From NCBI GenBank assembly GCA_030264375.1, contig JASCQW010000081.1, forward strand, positions 71,905,233 to 71,969,232: a stretch of 64,000 bases of DNA, written 5' to 3'. The position numbers were made by a program, and so were the translations under genes. How positions within the stretch are numbered: position 1 is the stretch's first letter; every line of letters begins with the position of its first letter. The notes under the pieces were generated by a model, which was not told where the DNA came from, did no database searches, and saw only the letters and a list, made by a program, of their open reading frames with translations. Origin of the DNA: Carcharhinus longimanus. Taxonomy: Eukaryota. Positions 22,962 to 35,759 of the stretch are shown piece after piece.

Positions 22962-25178
22962 TGTTACATACGGGGGTAAAACAGTAGAATTATTCCCCTC
23001 TTCCTACCGCTCAAATTACTTAAGACAGCATTTTGTACAGATGTGTTAATCCCTGTAATCATTAGGAACAGATAAATGATAGGTTTTCTCATACGTTTTA
23101 AAAGAAAGATAAATATTTATTGTTCAACATCTGACTACATATGCAACCACATCTACCAACACATTTGTACAAACATACAAACAAAAGAAAATATTGTGAT
23201 TACAAAAGATAACATGCGCTTAGGTTTGAGAGTTCATGAGTTCTTTGTGACTTTTCTTGGGGTGAAGACTTTGAAAGAGCTTCAGATCTGTAATCCTTTC
23301 TTTGATCCACTGAAGTAAAGGATCTCTAGGTTTAGGAAGAGGGATTCACTGTAGTTTATTGTTTGCAGTAGCTGATTTCTCTTATTCCACTCCAGTCAAG
23401 GTTCAACCTGCAACCTTCATCTGGTTCCTCAAATAGCACAGTCAGGGCCAACTTGAATCTATAAAAGATTGGCAAAAGGACAAGACCCTGCCTTTAGTGT
23501 TTCTTAGTAAGAAGTCTCACAACACCAGGTTAAAGAGCGTAAGTTCATTTGGTAGCAAATGCCACTAGCTTTCGGAGCACTGACTGCCCCTTCGTCAGGT
23601 GAGTCAGGTACGTGTTTCTTAGGCACAGTCCTATCCTTTCGTTGACCTTTTCGCTCTACACCAAAGATGTACCTTACTAAATCTCCTTATGAGAAACCTA
23701 GACCAGAACCTTCCAGCCCCAGTGGGGTTCTTCTGTGGCGGTGGGTCCAGTGAGCCATTAAAATTTCCGTCCACATCAGTGGGACAGGAAGATCCTGCTG
23801 GCATGAGGAGCTGAAAAATTCTGGACTAGTTTCTCTCATGTGACCAGAGCATCTTTTTCCATTGTCCTTACAAATGGTTTCTGATGGCTGGGCCATTGCC
23901 AGACAGTGGGAGCCCAAGTGTTGCTCATTCATGTACCATCATGAAAAAAGGTTTTTTTCACAACCATTCTTTTGATTTCAACTCTGAAGTTAGAAAGCCT
24001 GCAAACAGTATTGTTTCAAAGGGGAAGGTAATCTTCTCTGAGAACTAACACTCAACTACTCAAAGATAAGTACCTCCCTTTCATAATCTTTTAAAGAGTC
24101 TGTGAGAAATGGCACAATTTGCCTACAGCAATTTTTAATGGTTAAATCAAAAATAACTACTTGAGAGTCTCTTTAAAAGAAACAGGTAACACTTTATTTT
24201 CTAACTAACTGTAAACAGGTTAACTGAACTATTAACAAATTAAATAAAATACCATTCTAATGGAATGCTGTTTGGATAATTACCATGCCCACTTACTAAC
24301 ACATAAAAAAAATAACTTTTTAGTCACATCAAAATATAGTCAAGTTTGCTGTCTTCCCATATCTTCTTTTCTTCTGTTCTTGTGTCCTTCTGAAATGAAA
24401 TTAGGCTTTCTTTTAAAGACATAAAATGTGGCTTTTACACTGGCTGAGAATTGTCTGTCTGTGTCTCTCTGGCTGGCTGTTAGCTGTGGCAGGCTGTTGG
24501 CAGTGGTCTTCTTGTGGTTTCTTGCAGTCTTCTGGAGTTGGGAGAGGTTTTACACTCCTTATGACGTGAAAATCTCACTATAGGATTGGTTTATAAGTTA
24601 TTGAAACCATCAAAATTCAAATCCAATAGGCTGCTGTGATTCAAATGCTTATTTAAAATTGATTGGTTAATATTCAAAAACATGTTTTGATTCAAATGCT
24701 AAAGGCTGTTACGACAGCAACCCTGTTGTTTTGCCTCTCAATACAATGTTTCCATCTGTACTGGATTCTTGCACCTGTAGCTTCTTAGCACACAGATAAA
24801 ACTAAATCATCTTTTAAACAATTTTTACAACTCTTAGCATATTACCAGTATTTATAATGTTTAGAATTTTACTAACTTCATAATAACATTGAGAAATAAG
24901 TTTGCTGAATTACTTGGAGAAGGACAGCCATTAACCACAGGAAAGGCTTTTTACACCTTTTAATGACTTCTCAAAGATGTGTCCAGAAAGTTTGTTTGCC
25001 TTTCATGACAATGTCAAGACTTGTCCAGACATGAAAATTAGCTCAGGGGGTCTTGTCATTCCATCTCTGCTCCAGGGAAAGCTAAAGAGTCACCTGCCAT
25101 TTCAATACCATTTTGTTTTAAAGTAACATGTAGACTTTAAGTTTTTAGTTCTTTAATCCATATTGTGTGAGCGTGGCA
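22962..25178. mobile_element. Probable solo LTR / LTR-type insertion (~2.2 kb) with nested repeats
   Basis: Starts TG(ttaca), ends (gtgg)CA, flanked by gttag (22957-22961) and tttag (25179-25183), a 5-bp TSD with one mismatch; it cleanly interrupts a LINE; no ORF. Confidence 0.6.
23562..23603 (-). ncRNA. Minimal type I hammerhead ribozyme motif within PLE remnant 23507-23605
   Basis: Minus strand: tcac-CTGACGA-a-ggggca-gtcag-tgctcc-GAAA-gCTA-gtgg; core, stem II, palindromic AGCT stem III and stem I (tcac/gtgg) are all present. Confidence 0.7.
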
Positions 25179-25389
25179 TTTAGGTCTAGGACACTATCCG
25201 AAGGAATTCCTGCTACAATGTCCTGTGACTGAGATGATTGGCCTTCAACAACCACAATCATCTTGTGACGCTAGTATATCATTAAGAATGTTTTAAAATC
25301 ATGTCCTATGCTGTTTGTAAGCTGGCCTTTTGATTTCATTGTGGCACTGGCTGTCTGTTAAACATCCTTTTATTGTTGCTTCAATGACT

Positions 25390-25489
25390 NNNNNNNNNNN
25401 NNNNNNNNNNNNNNNNNNNNNNNNNNNNNNNNNNNNNNNNNNNNNNNNNNNNNNNNNNNNNNNNNNNNNNNNNNNNNNNNNNNNNNNNN
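25390..25489. other. Assembly gap (100 N, probably unknown size); other gaps at 6658-6931, 32847-32868, 33147-33281, 37771-37870, 43286-43385, 47148-47157
   Basis: Runs of N. Confidence 1.
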
Positions 25490-25715
25490 ACCTCACACAT
25501 TAACCACCTCCCCCCCGCAATCCCTCTAACTTACATGTCCCAGGACACTAAGGGACAATTTAGCATGGCCAATCAGCGTAACTCAAACTTCTTTGGACTG
25601 TGGGAGGAAACTGGAACACTCAGAGGAAACCACACAGTTATGGGGAGGATGTATAAACTCCACACATACAGTGACCTAAACAAGGAATTGCTAACCACTG
25701 TGCCACCGTGCCACC
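25490..25715 (-). mobile_element. HE1-type SINE, partial
   Basis: gacactaagggacaatttagcatggccaatc...ctaaccactgtgccaccgtgcc. Confidence 0.75.
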
Positions 25716-26489
25716 CAATTATACCGATATGGACTGAGTAAAGACAGAAGGTTTTCTTTTAGCTTAGTTAAGGCATTATGATCGGCACAGGCTCGGAGGG
25801 GCAAAGGGCCTGTTCCTGTGCTGTGCATTTCTTTGTTCTTTCTGTTAAAAAGAAATGCATTTATGGTTGCTTCTGGTATTGCAGTGTCAATTGCTTTGAA
25901 TGGGATTTGAAGGACTATATGTTCATGTGTGTTGTCCAATATCAGGTCCAACGTGAATGATTACCTAATTGATCTGTCACTGAAATTTCTGCAATTACAC
26001 ATTTTATGTGTGATTAATAAACACAGGACGGAATAGAAGTAAGCCCTTTATTCAAGCTTGGGAGCAAATCTTAGCGCACAATGGACAAGGAAAGGAAAGA
26101 TTAGTTGAAGCTCTAGAGTGAGACGAGACTACTTCCACTAATTTGGTAATGAGCTTTGAAAGACTCTTCTTGAGGTCAGTGCAAGGAGTGAACTTCAGGT
26201 TTTATCTAAATTGGATTTTCATTTCCTATTAGCAAAATACCAATGGGAGAAGAAATAATGTCACTTATTGCTGGATGATAACAGCAGATCTATCGGCTAT
26301 TTAATGAAAAAAAAATTCCCCTCATTTCACCCTTTGCAGCATCATTCATTATCAGTTATGACAAATCCCATTGTATTCTTTGTTTGGCTGCAGTGCAATT
26401 TGTCAAAAGTTTTGCACAAAGCTTGCACCCCTCTGTTGCACTCCTAATGAAATCCTGACATGAGCACAGTGGGAATAGCATTAGCTAAA

Positions 26490-27225
26490 CTATTGGAGAA
26501 AGTTCTGAAGAATTAATATCCACTTGGAAAGGCATGGGTTAATTAGGGATAGTCAGCATGGCTTTGTCAGAGGGAGGTCATGCCTCACAACTTTGTTAGA
26601 ATTTTTCAAAAATGTGATCAAATGTTTGGACGAGAGAAGTTTAATTGATGTAGTTTATATGGATTTTTGCAAAGCTTTTGAAAGTTCCCACATGGGAGAC
26701 TGAATGAGAAGGTTAAAGCACAATGAAACTTGGTGAGATGGATCAGAAACAGGCTTAGTAATAAGACACAAAGGATAGTGGTAGAAGGCAGTTCGAGTGA
26801 CTGGAGTCTTGTGTCCAGTGGTGTATCACAACGATCGGTATTCAGACTCTCATTGTTTGTTATATACATAAATTATATGGATGAAAATGTGGAAAGAATG
26901 TTTGCAGATGACACCAAGATTGGTAGAGTGGTGGATAGTGAAGAAAATTGTTGTAGGTTACTGAAAGATATAGATGGATTGTTCATATCAGAAGAGCAAT
27001 GGCAAATGATATTTAACTCTGATAAGTGTGAGGTAATGCACATTGGAAGAAGAAACAAGATGAGGGACTATTTAATAAACTGCAGGACTCTGGGTAGCTC
27101 AGAGGAAAAGAGGGATGTTGGGTAATTATTCAAAGATCCCTGAAGACAGCAGAGCACGTGAATACGATACTTAAGAAAGCATATAGGATACTTGCTTTCA
27201 TCAGTCACGGTATAGAGTATGAAGA
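26490..27225 (+). mobile_element. CR1 LINE reverse-transcriptase fragment (degraded)
   Basis: ORF 26730-27125: WIRN.LS..TQR.VV.G.SS.W..V.SGVSQ...LFVIYIN...FADDTK...WQM.FN.DKCEVMH.G. Confidence 0.9.
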
Positions 27226-28322
27226 GGTAGGGATTGGGGCAGGGTCAAAATCAGGGGTGGTGATGGGGGGGGTGCGGTGCGCATGGCATGTTTTCTGTAA
27301 TTCTAATAGATGCCTGGGCACTTCGCCCCACCTACACAATGAAACATACATATTATCAGTATTCCCTCAGTACTTCACTAGGCGTTTCAGCCAAGGTTGT
27401 GAAGGGAGGCTTGAACCCTTCTGACTCAACAATGAGAAGTTTGGTGCCTGAGCATTTCAGTTTATCATAGCTTACTCTGTATATTCCCCCAAATGAAAGT
27501 AGATCAGAAATCGCAAAAGGGAAAAGCAAGATTTTGACTGCAAGTTCTGCCAACTTTCATGACAACCTGGGGAATTGTTCTTTTAAACCTCTAATTGCAA
27601 TGGAGAGGCTGCCACAATCTCTCTGCGTGCAAGGATAACCCAAATTTTGTAACAAGAAGACAAAATACTCGCTAAAAAGCTTGTTCTTGAGATGCATGCA
27701 ACACAAGCAATAAAGCATTAATTGTCCAACCCTGACTGATTAGGAGTAAACTAAACAGAATTGGACCAGAAACACTAGCATACTGGACTACATAGAACTT
27801 GAGAGGAATCCCACATTGAAGAATGTTATTGAAGAAAATGAATTGCAAAACACTAAATTTCAATTGTCATTTTGTTTCATGTTCACCACTTCCTCCCAGC
27901 TGTGTGCGAAAAAGGGCAAAAATGAATAAGAGGCAGAGGGAAAAGTGGATAAGTGAATGCCAGTTTCGCAGCCTGCACAACTAATGCAGCTTGCTACTTT
28001 TAACTTTGATTTTGATGAGTCCTTGGGGTCATTGCTGGAAATTGTGAGCTGAGAATATGTCTCAGTTTACCAACTCTGACAGACAAAAGAATAAAGGCAG
28101 CTTAATGACAAGGCTTCTGGTGTTTCACTGTGGAGGTTTATCATATGCCCATCTATAAACTGATGGCCGGGGGTAGCTCAAGTAGGTCTCAGTATTGTGA
28201 ATGCAGTGATAAACAAGTAGAAGCCGAATACTGCCGGTGCTGGAAGTCTGAAATAAAAACAGAAAATGCAGGATAAACTCAACAGGTTTGGTAGCAACTG
28301 TGGAGGAAGGAACACAGTTAAT

Positions 28323-28440
28323 GGGGTAAATTTTCCACTCATAACAAGCTGGATAGAAAATATGGCAGACCATTTAAAGTCCATTGACTTCGGGCAGGAA
28401 TTTCCAGACTTGTGGCAGATGGGGCCAGAAATATCCACCC
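28323..28440. mobile_element. ~120-bp MITE (same family as 10114-10250)
   Basis: 3-bp TSD AAT (28320-28322, 28441-28443); degenerate ggg...ccc termini; shared internal gaaaatatg...gtccattga...ggaattt. Confidence 0.65.
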
Positions 28441-30579
28441 AATATTTCAAGTCTGTATGACCCTTCTACAGGAGTGTGCTGCAGGAAAGTCATATGGACT
28501 TGAAATGATAAACAATACAGCTGTCTCGGTGAGGAATGTTCAGATAGCATGAAAAATGATGATTCTTATCGTTCATCCATTTAGTAGCACGATTGCATAT
28601 TACAGTCTGCGATAATGCGGCCTAAACATTAACTTCCTAAAAGACAGTTGGGGTTGTGTCAGACGATGAAATGCAGATATCCTGAGACTGGAACCCAATC
28701 AGCCTCAAACCCAGTCACTGCCAGCTATAATAGTAATGGAATAAAGTATGGATCATGTTGTCACTTGCATATTATCATCAGGTTGCCTGTCCTTATCTTA
28801 ACAAAAATTCCATGTCTAACTGCCTTCCACCCTCCTGAGACCCATCCAGTGATCAGGAGACCACCCCCTCCCCCCTGTGAAAGATATCTCTTACTGCCCT
28901 ACACCAATAAGCAAGCTGCAGTCTTGTGAAAGGGTGGTGGGAGGGGCAATGGGAGTGTGGGGAGGTGAGGATGGGGGGATGGGGTAGGGTGGTGGGAACA
29001 GACAGAAAAAAAACTAAAGGAGCCCTATACTTAGAAATACCTCCGGACTAAAATCCAGGCCAAAGTTTCGCTGCTTAATTTGTAAAATTGAGTTACAATT
29101 GAGTCATTGATAGCTACTGGCACAAGGCCTCTCTACTTGACACTTTCCAGCTCAAGTGCACTTTGTTAACTGGAGTATTATGTTTATGAAGTTAAGCAAT
29201 TGAAGTGATGAAGTATTTGAAGTTGAAATATAAATGACTTGTTTTACAAGAATGGAACCCATCGTTAAGAATTAAGTTCCTGAGAGGTACAAGTAGCCCT
29301 TTCCTGCCAATGAATGTCTGACTTCCAGTCTGGTAAAGAGTCATTGGCCAAGTTCTATTGGCAATTTTATGTGGCAGTAATATTATCAGAATGTTCGCCA
29401 CTGTTCTGCCAGTGTGTTTGCAATTTCTTGGGAAAGGAGTGAAAGGGATATCTTCAAGTGACTGAAGTGACAGTGAAATACCCACCCAATGCCCATGATT
29501 ATTGGAGGATCACAAGCCAAAGGTGAATGAGAACAGAGTGGGGTAATGGGAGAAGTTGAGGAGGAGGAGGTTGGACATAAGGACAGGGTGGAGGGAGGTG
29601 GTGGGAGTTGTGATGCTTGTCAGCCTCCACCGCCTTCCGATGCTGGGTCACTTCACCCAAAGGGGTGGCTGGCAGCTTTCTGAGGATTCAGGGAATTGTA
29701 GTCCTCAATTAATCCCTGGGCCACACTAGATTGTGTTAAGTCCAGGGATAATATGTGTCAATTAGCTCATTACTGGATCTCGCACCAAGAGATTGGCACA
29801 GGGCATCTCCCACCATTGAATGCCTAGCTGCCATGTTTCCTGTCATGATGGGCTGCATTAAATCCAGCCCTAATATTTATCAATCATTCTATCTAACAAC
29901 TCCTTGCTGGTGTTGATGCTCCATGTGGCTCTCCCCTCAACCTTCTTCAACTTACCAACAATCTTCTCTTTTCTTGAGAAAAGAGGCCCAGCCTCTTCAA
30001 TGTTTGCATAAACAATGAATGTGTCCATGCATTATCCCAATGTAGTGAATGTCCTGAAGTGATTCAGAGGAGTGATTGTCAAAATGAAATGAGAAAGGGA
30101 ACGTAATGTGAGAATATACCACATCCTTCATAATTTGGCCGAACATTTACAATTTAAGGTCATGAAACTTGAAGGAAGTATTTTTCATTTGTTTGGGAGA
30201 GCGGTGCTTTTTGTGACATGTTGCTTTCATGAGGTCCATCACTGTTCTACTAGTACTGGGCTTTTTCACCGCACATCATCAAACTGACAGGGAAGACAGC
30301 AACAGCAAGATGCTACAAAACTAGGAATCTGAAATAAAAGCAGAAAAATCTGAGAACATGCAACATTTATGGAGGGACAAACAACAATAAGGAGCAGAAC
30401 CTTAAATCCCCAAAAATGGATAGATAGGGGTCATCTCAGAGATTAAAATGCAAAACCTGCAGATACATGGGAATACCATCACCTGCAAGTTCCCCCCCAA
30501 GCCACTCACCATCCTGATTTGGAAATACATTGCCATTCCAAAGTCTTTTCAAACCTGCTTGAACACTTTTACTTCTGTT

Positions 30580-31110
30580 TTTTCATTCATTGGTGGGACA
30601 TGGGCGTCACTGGCTGGCCAACATTCATTGCCCATCCCTAGTTGCCCTTGAGAATGTGCTGGTGAGCTCCCTTCCTGAATTGCTGCAGTCCACGTGCTGT
30701 GGGTTGACCAGCAATGCCATTAGGGAGGAAATTCCAGAACTTTCACCCAGCAACTGCAAAGGAACGGTGATATATTTCCAAGTCAGGATGGTGAGTGGCT
30801 TGGAGGGGAACTTACAGGTGGTAGTGTTCCCATTTATCTGCTACCTTTGTCCTTCTAGATGGAAGTGGTCATGGGTTTGGAAGGTGCTGTCTAAGGATCT
30901 TTGGTGAATTTTTGCGGTGCATTTTGTAGATTATACACACTGCTGCTACTGAGCATTGGTGGTGGAGGGAGTGGATGTTTGTGGATGTGGTGCCTATCAA
31001 GCGGTCTACTCTGTGCTGGATGGTGTCAAGCTTCTTGAGTGTTGTTGGATCTGCACCCATCCGGACAAGTGGGAAATGTCCCACCACATGCCTGACTTGT
31101 GCCTTTTAGA
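30580..31110 (-). mobile_element. CR1/L2-group LINE 3' end
   Basis: ORF 30869-31087 KLDTIQHRVDRLIG...SLHHQCSVAAVCIIYKMH; related pieces at 42110-42300(-) and 45428-46445(+). Confidence 0.75.
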
Positions 31111-32017
31111 TGTATTCCTCACCTCTGACCTGTTTTCACAGAGGTGGGATGTGGGATAGATAACCAACCCTCTTTTGAAAAGCAGGTTGATCATTTAAAT
31201 ATTATAATGAAGTGCATATTTTCATTTTAACTGTAGATGGCTGGATCTCCCTTGCCTGAGGAAACCCAACCACTTAAACAGAAGTCCTGATTCAGTGAGA
31301 TTAGTGCCTTTAAAGTGCTGTTTGGGGGTCGGGAGGATCAGAAGTGCATCCGCTGAGCACAACAAGCAATCGAGTAAATAATCCCATGCTTCTCAACTGG
31401 GGATCTCTGAGTCCTTCCCCCAATTCTCCACAGTTCTCCTTGACCACCGTGAAGTCCCTCAAGATGATCCATGTGGTGTCTATTAGCTGACCCTTGTCTT
31501 TTGGTCCACAGCCAAACTTCCCCACCCCCCGCCCCAACTCACCCACAATGAAGTCAAGACACACTGGACACTGCCATGGGATCACTCTCTGTGATCTGAT
31601 CTCTCTGCAGTCTACCCACCCACGCCCAGCCATCTGTTCCACCAACTCTCCCACTCCCCCCTCCACCCCCAACAAACTCTGATCCATCCCCTCCTCATTG
31701 TGATCTGGACACTACCCCCCACCACACTGATTCAGGCCACCTGCTAACCTGGGTTGAGAACAATGCCTCCCACACTGTTCTCTGTCACTCCTCCAACTTC
31801 ACTGAGTTGCTGCAGTAGGCATCAGCCCCCTGAAGAGTTCTTCTGCGCCAAAAGATCTCCAGCCTGTCAATCAAAGTGCTGAAGGACAGGAACACTATTT
31901 AAAGGAGTTCTGTGTTAAAGTTTGCAAGATAGTCGGGAAACTAACTTTTCCAGTTTTCCTGACTGCAGAACAACAACACCCACCTGCCATGTGTACAACC
32001 CCTTGCCCCTTGCCACT

Positions 32018-32120
32018 CACCACACATGCGCGCACACACACAGACATGTACATGCACATGTACACACACACACGTGCGCACACGCACACGCACACGCACA
32101 CACACACACATACATACCCA
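32018..32120. repeat. Imperfect (CA)n/(CACG)n microsatellite
   Basis: cacacatgcgcgcacacaca...cacgcacacgcacacgcacacacacacaca. Confidence 0.9.
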
Positions 32121-33059
32121 TACCCAGGCTTAATGCAAGGCCAATCTATCAATCATTGACTTTTCATCAGAATCAGACCTTAGTCTTGATTTTTGGGCAC
32201 GGATTGGAAGTAAAAGACATTGAATATGAGCATCACTTCCCTCCTGGAAGAATTCTGTTTCATAACTCAAAATATTTCAAATCGAGGAGAGGCCATTAGG
32301 TAAAGCCTTCCTTGCACATTGCAAATTGATTAATAGCTAGCTCACAATTGGTGTACATAGGAATATTTATTTCATCTATTGTACATTTTGAAAGCAACTT
32401 CTTCAGCTTGTTTTGATTTTATTTTTGTTACATAATAGTCACAGTCTTATGGTGAGGGAGATCACCCGAGGTATTAGGAAGACATTTTATATTTGTGCTA
32501 TACAGTCCCTGGTTTGGTAATCTTGGTCAAGTGCCCATTGGAATAAATAGGTCTAAAAGATAATTAAGGCTATTCAGGATCAAATTATTTTGAGTCATCA
32601 CTTCAAAACTAATACAGAAATAGTAGAAGTGAAGAGCAGAATAATCGGCTTATGATATTTATGATGCAGTGTCATGCTACTCTGCTTAGTATAGCTACCA
32701 CTTAAACCATGTTAATCTCTGATTACTCATCTTGTGTGCCTCACCTCAGTAACGAGTAATATTTAAAGTACCCAACATCAATATGCTCATTTTCGGTTCC
32801 TCTCCCCTCACCTGAAAGTGGTGAAAGCTATTGTGCAACACAATGGNNNNNNNNNNNNNNNNNNNNNNTCATTCTTTATGTGCCTGTCAAGACAGTTAAT
32901 ATAGAGAGGCTTTGATAATTCTATCCAATACTCATGACTTTTATTTGATGACAAATGTGGCACTTCCATATTGTTAGCTGAACAGTAGAGGATGTCCTGT
33001 TGGGAAAAATCACGTTGTTGCAATTATACACCGAGGTCTTGTCTTGTATAGTTATTCTA

Positions 33060-33382
33060 GGGGCAGCACGGTGACACAGCGGTTAGCACTGCGGCCTCAC
33101 AGCACCAAGGGCCCGGGTTCAATTCGAGCCTTGGGTGACTGTTTGTNNNNNNNNNNNNNNNNNNNNNNNNNNNNNNNNNNNNNNNNNNNNNNNNNNNNNN
33201 NNNNNNNNNNNNNNNNNNNNNNNNNNNNNNNNNNNNNNNNNNNNNNNNNNNNNNNNNNNNNNNNNNNNNNNNNNNNNNNNNTAATTTAGGGACAATTTGT
33301 TACACCAATCAGCCTAACAGCACATCTTTGGGGTGTGGGAGGAAACCGGAGCACCCGGTACTGTAGGGATTCTATGACTCTT
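33060..33382. mobile_element. HE1-type SINE spanning an N gap, with an internal inverted SINE piece
   Basis: Plus-strand head at 33060, minus-strand V-domain at 33282-33358, plus-strand tail ctgtagggattctatga. Confidence 0.65.
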
Positions 33383-35140
33383 TGATAGATGGAATATCTA
33401 TAAGGGTAATAGAATTCGCGAGTTACTTTGCACCTCCTGAGCATATGACACAGAAATCATTAGATAGTAGCTGAGGCTGACAGAACCTTGGCTGTTATAT
33501 TACTGTCTGAGATCAGCTCTCAATATAGAACAGAGGACTGAAGTTTGTGTCTTCCTGGTCTTCTTGGAGGGGATCGAGCGCAATGTGATGCTCATAAGCT
33601 GGCTATCATAATGCTGTCAGTCACGTGAGAGTTTAATTGGCCTTCAACTTGTGCTCGAACAACAGTTAATCCAATCCCAGCCCTTTCTTCAAGAACTCTT
33701 ACAAGCGCGCTATCCCAAAGTTTGCCAGTTTTTTTGCTTGCAGGAGGCTTTCTGTGCAGCTGAACAGCCCGATGGAATTGCAGATATTTGTAAAACAGAG
33801 ATCAGAATCCGAAAGAACAGATCAGGTGAGCACTCAGCACGGCACAATGCCCAAACCAGCAGCTGGACCATGAGATAATTAGTCATTCATTCAATTTTCT
33901 GTCAATTACCATGTAGAAATGAGTCTATTTGATGAGTGGACCGAGCGCAACAGGAATCGCTGGGGAAGCCAGGGAGTTGAACATGGTGGAGATGCATGAC
34001 AGAATGGGGTCTGTCATGAGTGTATTTGCCCTTGACAGCTCCACTAGATTAATTATCATTGCTTTGGTCAGTCTATTTGTCACCATGTCAGCACTTCTGC
34101 AAGCCCGCGAAACCCTCTGAGGTTAAAGAACCCATTTACCTATTCATCTTTGAATTTTAAAGACGTTTTTCTTTGGTTTGGTCAGGTTTTGATGGCACCA
34201 TCAATTACTCTTAATGGTTTCAAGGGATATATTTGTTTAAACTTCTTTCACTGGGTCATACAGTAATTAGCTGCACAACATAATGTCATGCTTTTCGGAG
34301 GCTTTTTATTTATTGAATGTACATAGCCCGTGCACTACCCCCTCAATCTTGTGCTAGGAGTTTGACAGCGACTATTGTTTTAGTCTGTCAAGTGTACAGC
34401 AATAGAAGCTGCAGTTCCTCGTTACTGTGTGAATGTGACGTTAGTAAGCCTCTAGTGAGGAACCCCATAGGCACCTATGTTGTTTCAAACTTGCTTACGG
34501 TCCACACAGACCTTTTCTTTTTTTTGAAACAGAATTATGAAAGGAATCATGGCAGGGGGGTGGGGGGGGGGGTGGTGGGAGGTAACAGAAGGACCAACCT
34601 ATTGGGTTTTGTACAAGCACCAGGGCTGTTCTTCCCAAAGAGGTGGTGTTTGAAAATTAGACATTATTTTTGTTTTTAACTTTAATTTAGTGGGAACCAG
34701 CGTTTTCCCCTGGTGGCCGTAGCTCAACTCGTAGAGTTTTCTTTCAAGCCCCCATGGGAGTCTTTGTATTCAGTTCAAAGGACCGTATTTGATAGAAGTT
34801 GTTTCCCTTGTACACAGTGTTCAAATCACATTCAGCTTTAATGAGATGCAGGAAGAAAATGGAACTCCAATCAACAATGCTGCGAGGTTTACAACAGCAA
34901 CTTGCACCTATACAAATGACAGGTAGCCCCTGTACGCCGTTTTCATTTTAAGCTGCGACCAGAGAGCATTTGGTGGAAAGAACGTTTGATACTGGCTGAC
35001 TATAAAACAAAAGGAGCAATATTTTGTAGCACCCAGAAATAGGCTTGGGATCACGGTGACCGTGCCTCCACTGTTCAGTGTTGCCTGCTCAGGTCAGTGA
35101 CTTCAGCGCTAAGTGACTGCTCTCCTGACCAGAAGAGACA

Positions 35141-35156
35141 AGGTCACATGAGGTCA
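35141..35156 (+). promoter_or_regulatory. Perfect DR4 nuclear-receptor element AGGTCA-catg-AGGTCA
   Basis: Exact match to the DR4 consensus (TR/RXR, LXR/RXR); function not shown. Confidence 0.45.
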
Positions 35157-35759
35157 GCCTGTGCTACTTTAAAGCCAGGTTGAACCTCCTAACAGGGAGG
35201 ATGCAGCAGATGCTGGAAAACATTCCAGAAGCTAAGTTGACCTAGCAAAGACACAGTAAGGTATAACATGACAGAGAGAAGATTCCATGATTTTCTGATG
35301 TAGCACTGAAGCGTTGGTATAGCGGGTAGAGAGGAGGAGAGAGAGTTTCTGGACAAACTCTGAGGAATCAGTACTAGCGGGTAGCTGTGCAGGTGAATGC
35401 CAGCTATGTAGGCCCAAAAATCTGGAAGAAGTGTCAAGAAAAATAAAATAACCTCACACAAGTAATAAAGGTCAGTAATTGTGTCTTCGAATGTCATATC
35501 CCATCAACTGCACCACCTGCCTCACACTGATAATCTGTTTTCATTTTTGTGACATTGACAGAGAGCTATGTAATGGCCAGATCAGCAGGGACATTACTGC
35601 AAATGCTGGAAATCAGAAATGCTGGAAATACACACATATCAGGCAAAATCTGTTAATAGAAAAATAGAGTTACCATTTCTGGGAACCTGAAACACTCGCA
35701 ATTTTTCTTCACAGATGCTGCCAGGATAACTGAGTATTTCCAGCATTTCTGCTTTAATT

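Larger units (their letters stand above)
21740..25270 (-). mobile_element. Old CR1/L2-group LINE split by a V-SINE (22424-22700) and by the LTR-like insert (22962-25178)
   Basis: Same family as 30580-31110; gatgaagcagttgaaaatggttag continues as taggtctaggacacta after the insert. Confidence 0.65.

Noticed and set aside
24100-24886. Separate nested solo LTR
   Set aside because: TG/CA-like ends are plausible but no TSD could be found; mentioned only as a possibility within the 22962-25178 element.
34715-34765. tRNA gene (gccgtagctcaactcgtagag)
   Set aside because: A-box-like start only; no cloverleaf or proper B box. SINE heads elsewhere are likewise not tRNA genes.
35189-35497. 102-aa minus-strand ORF / antisense exon after ttcttccag
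   Set aside because: No recognisable homology and no convincing donor.
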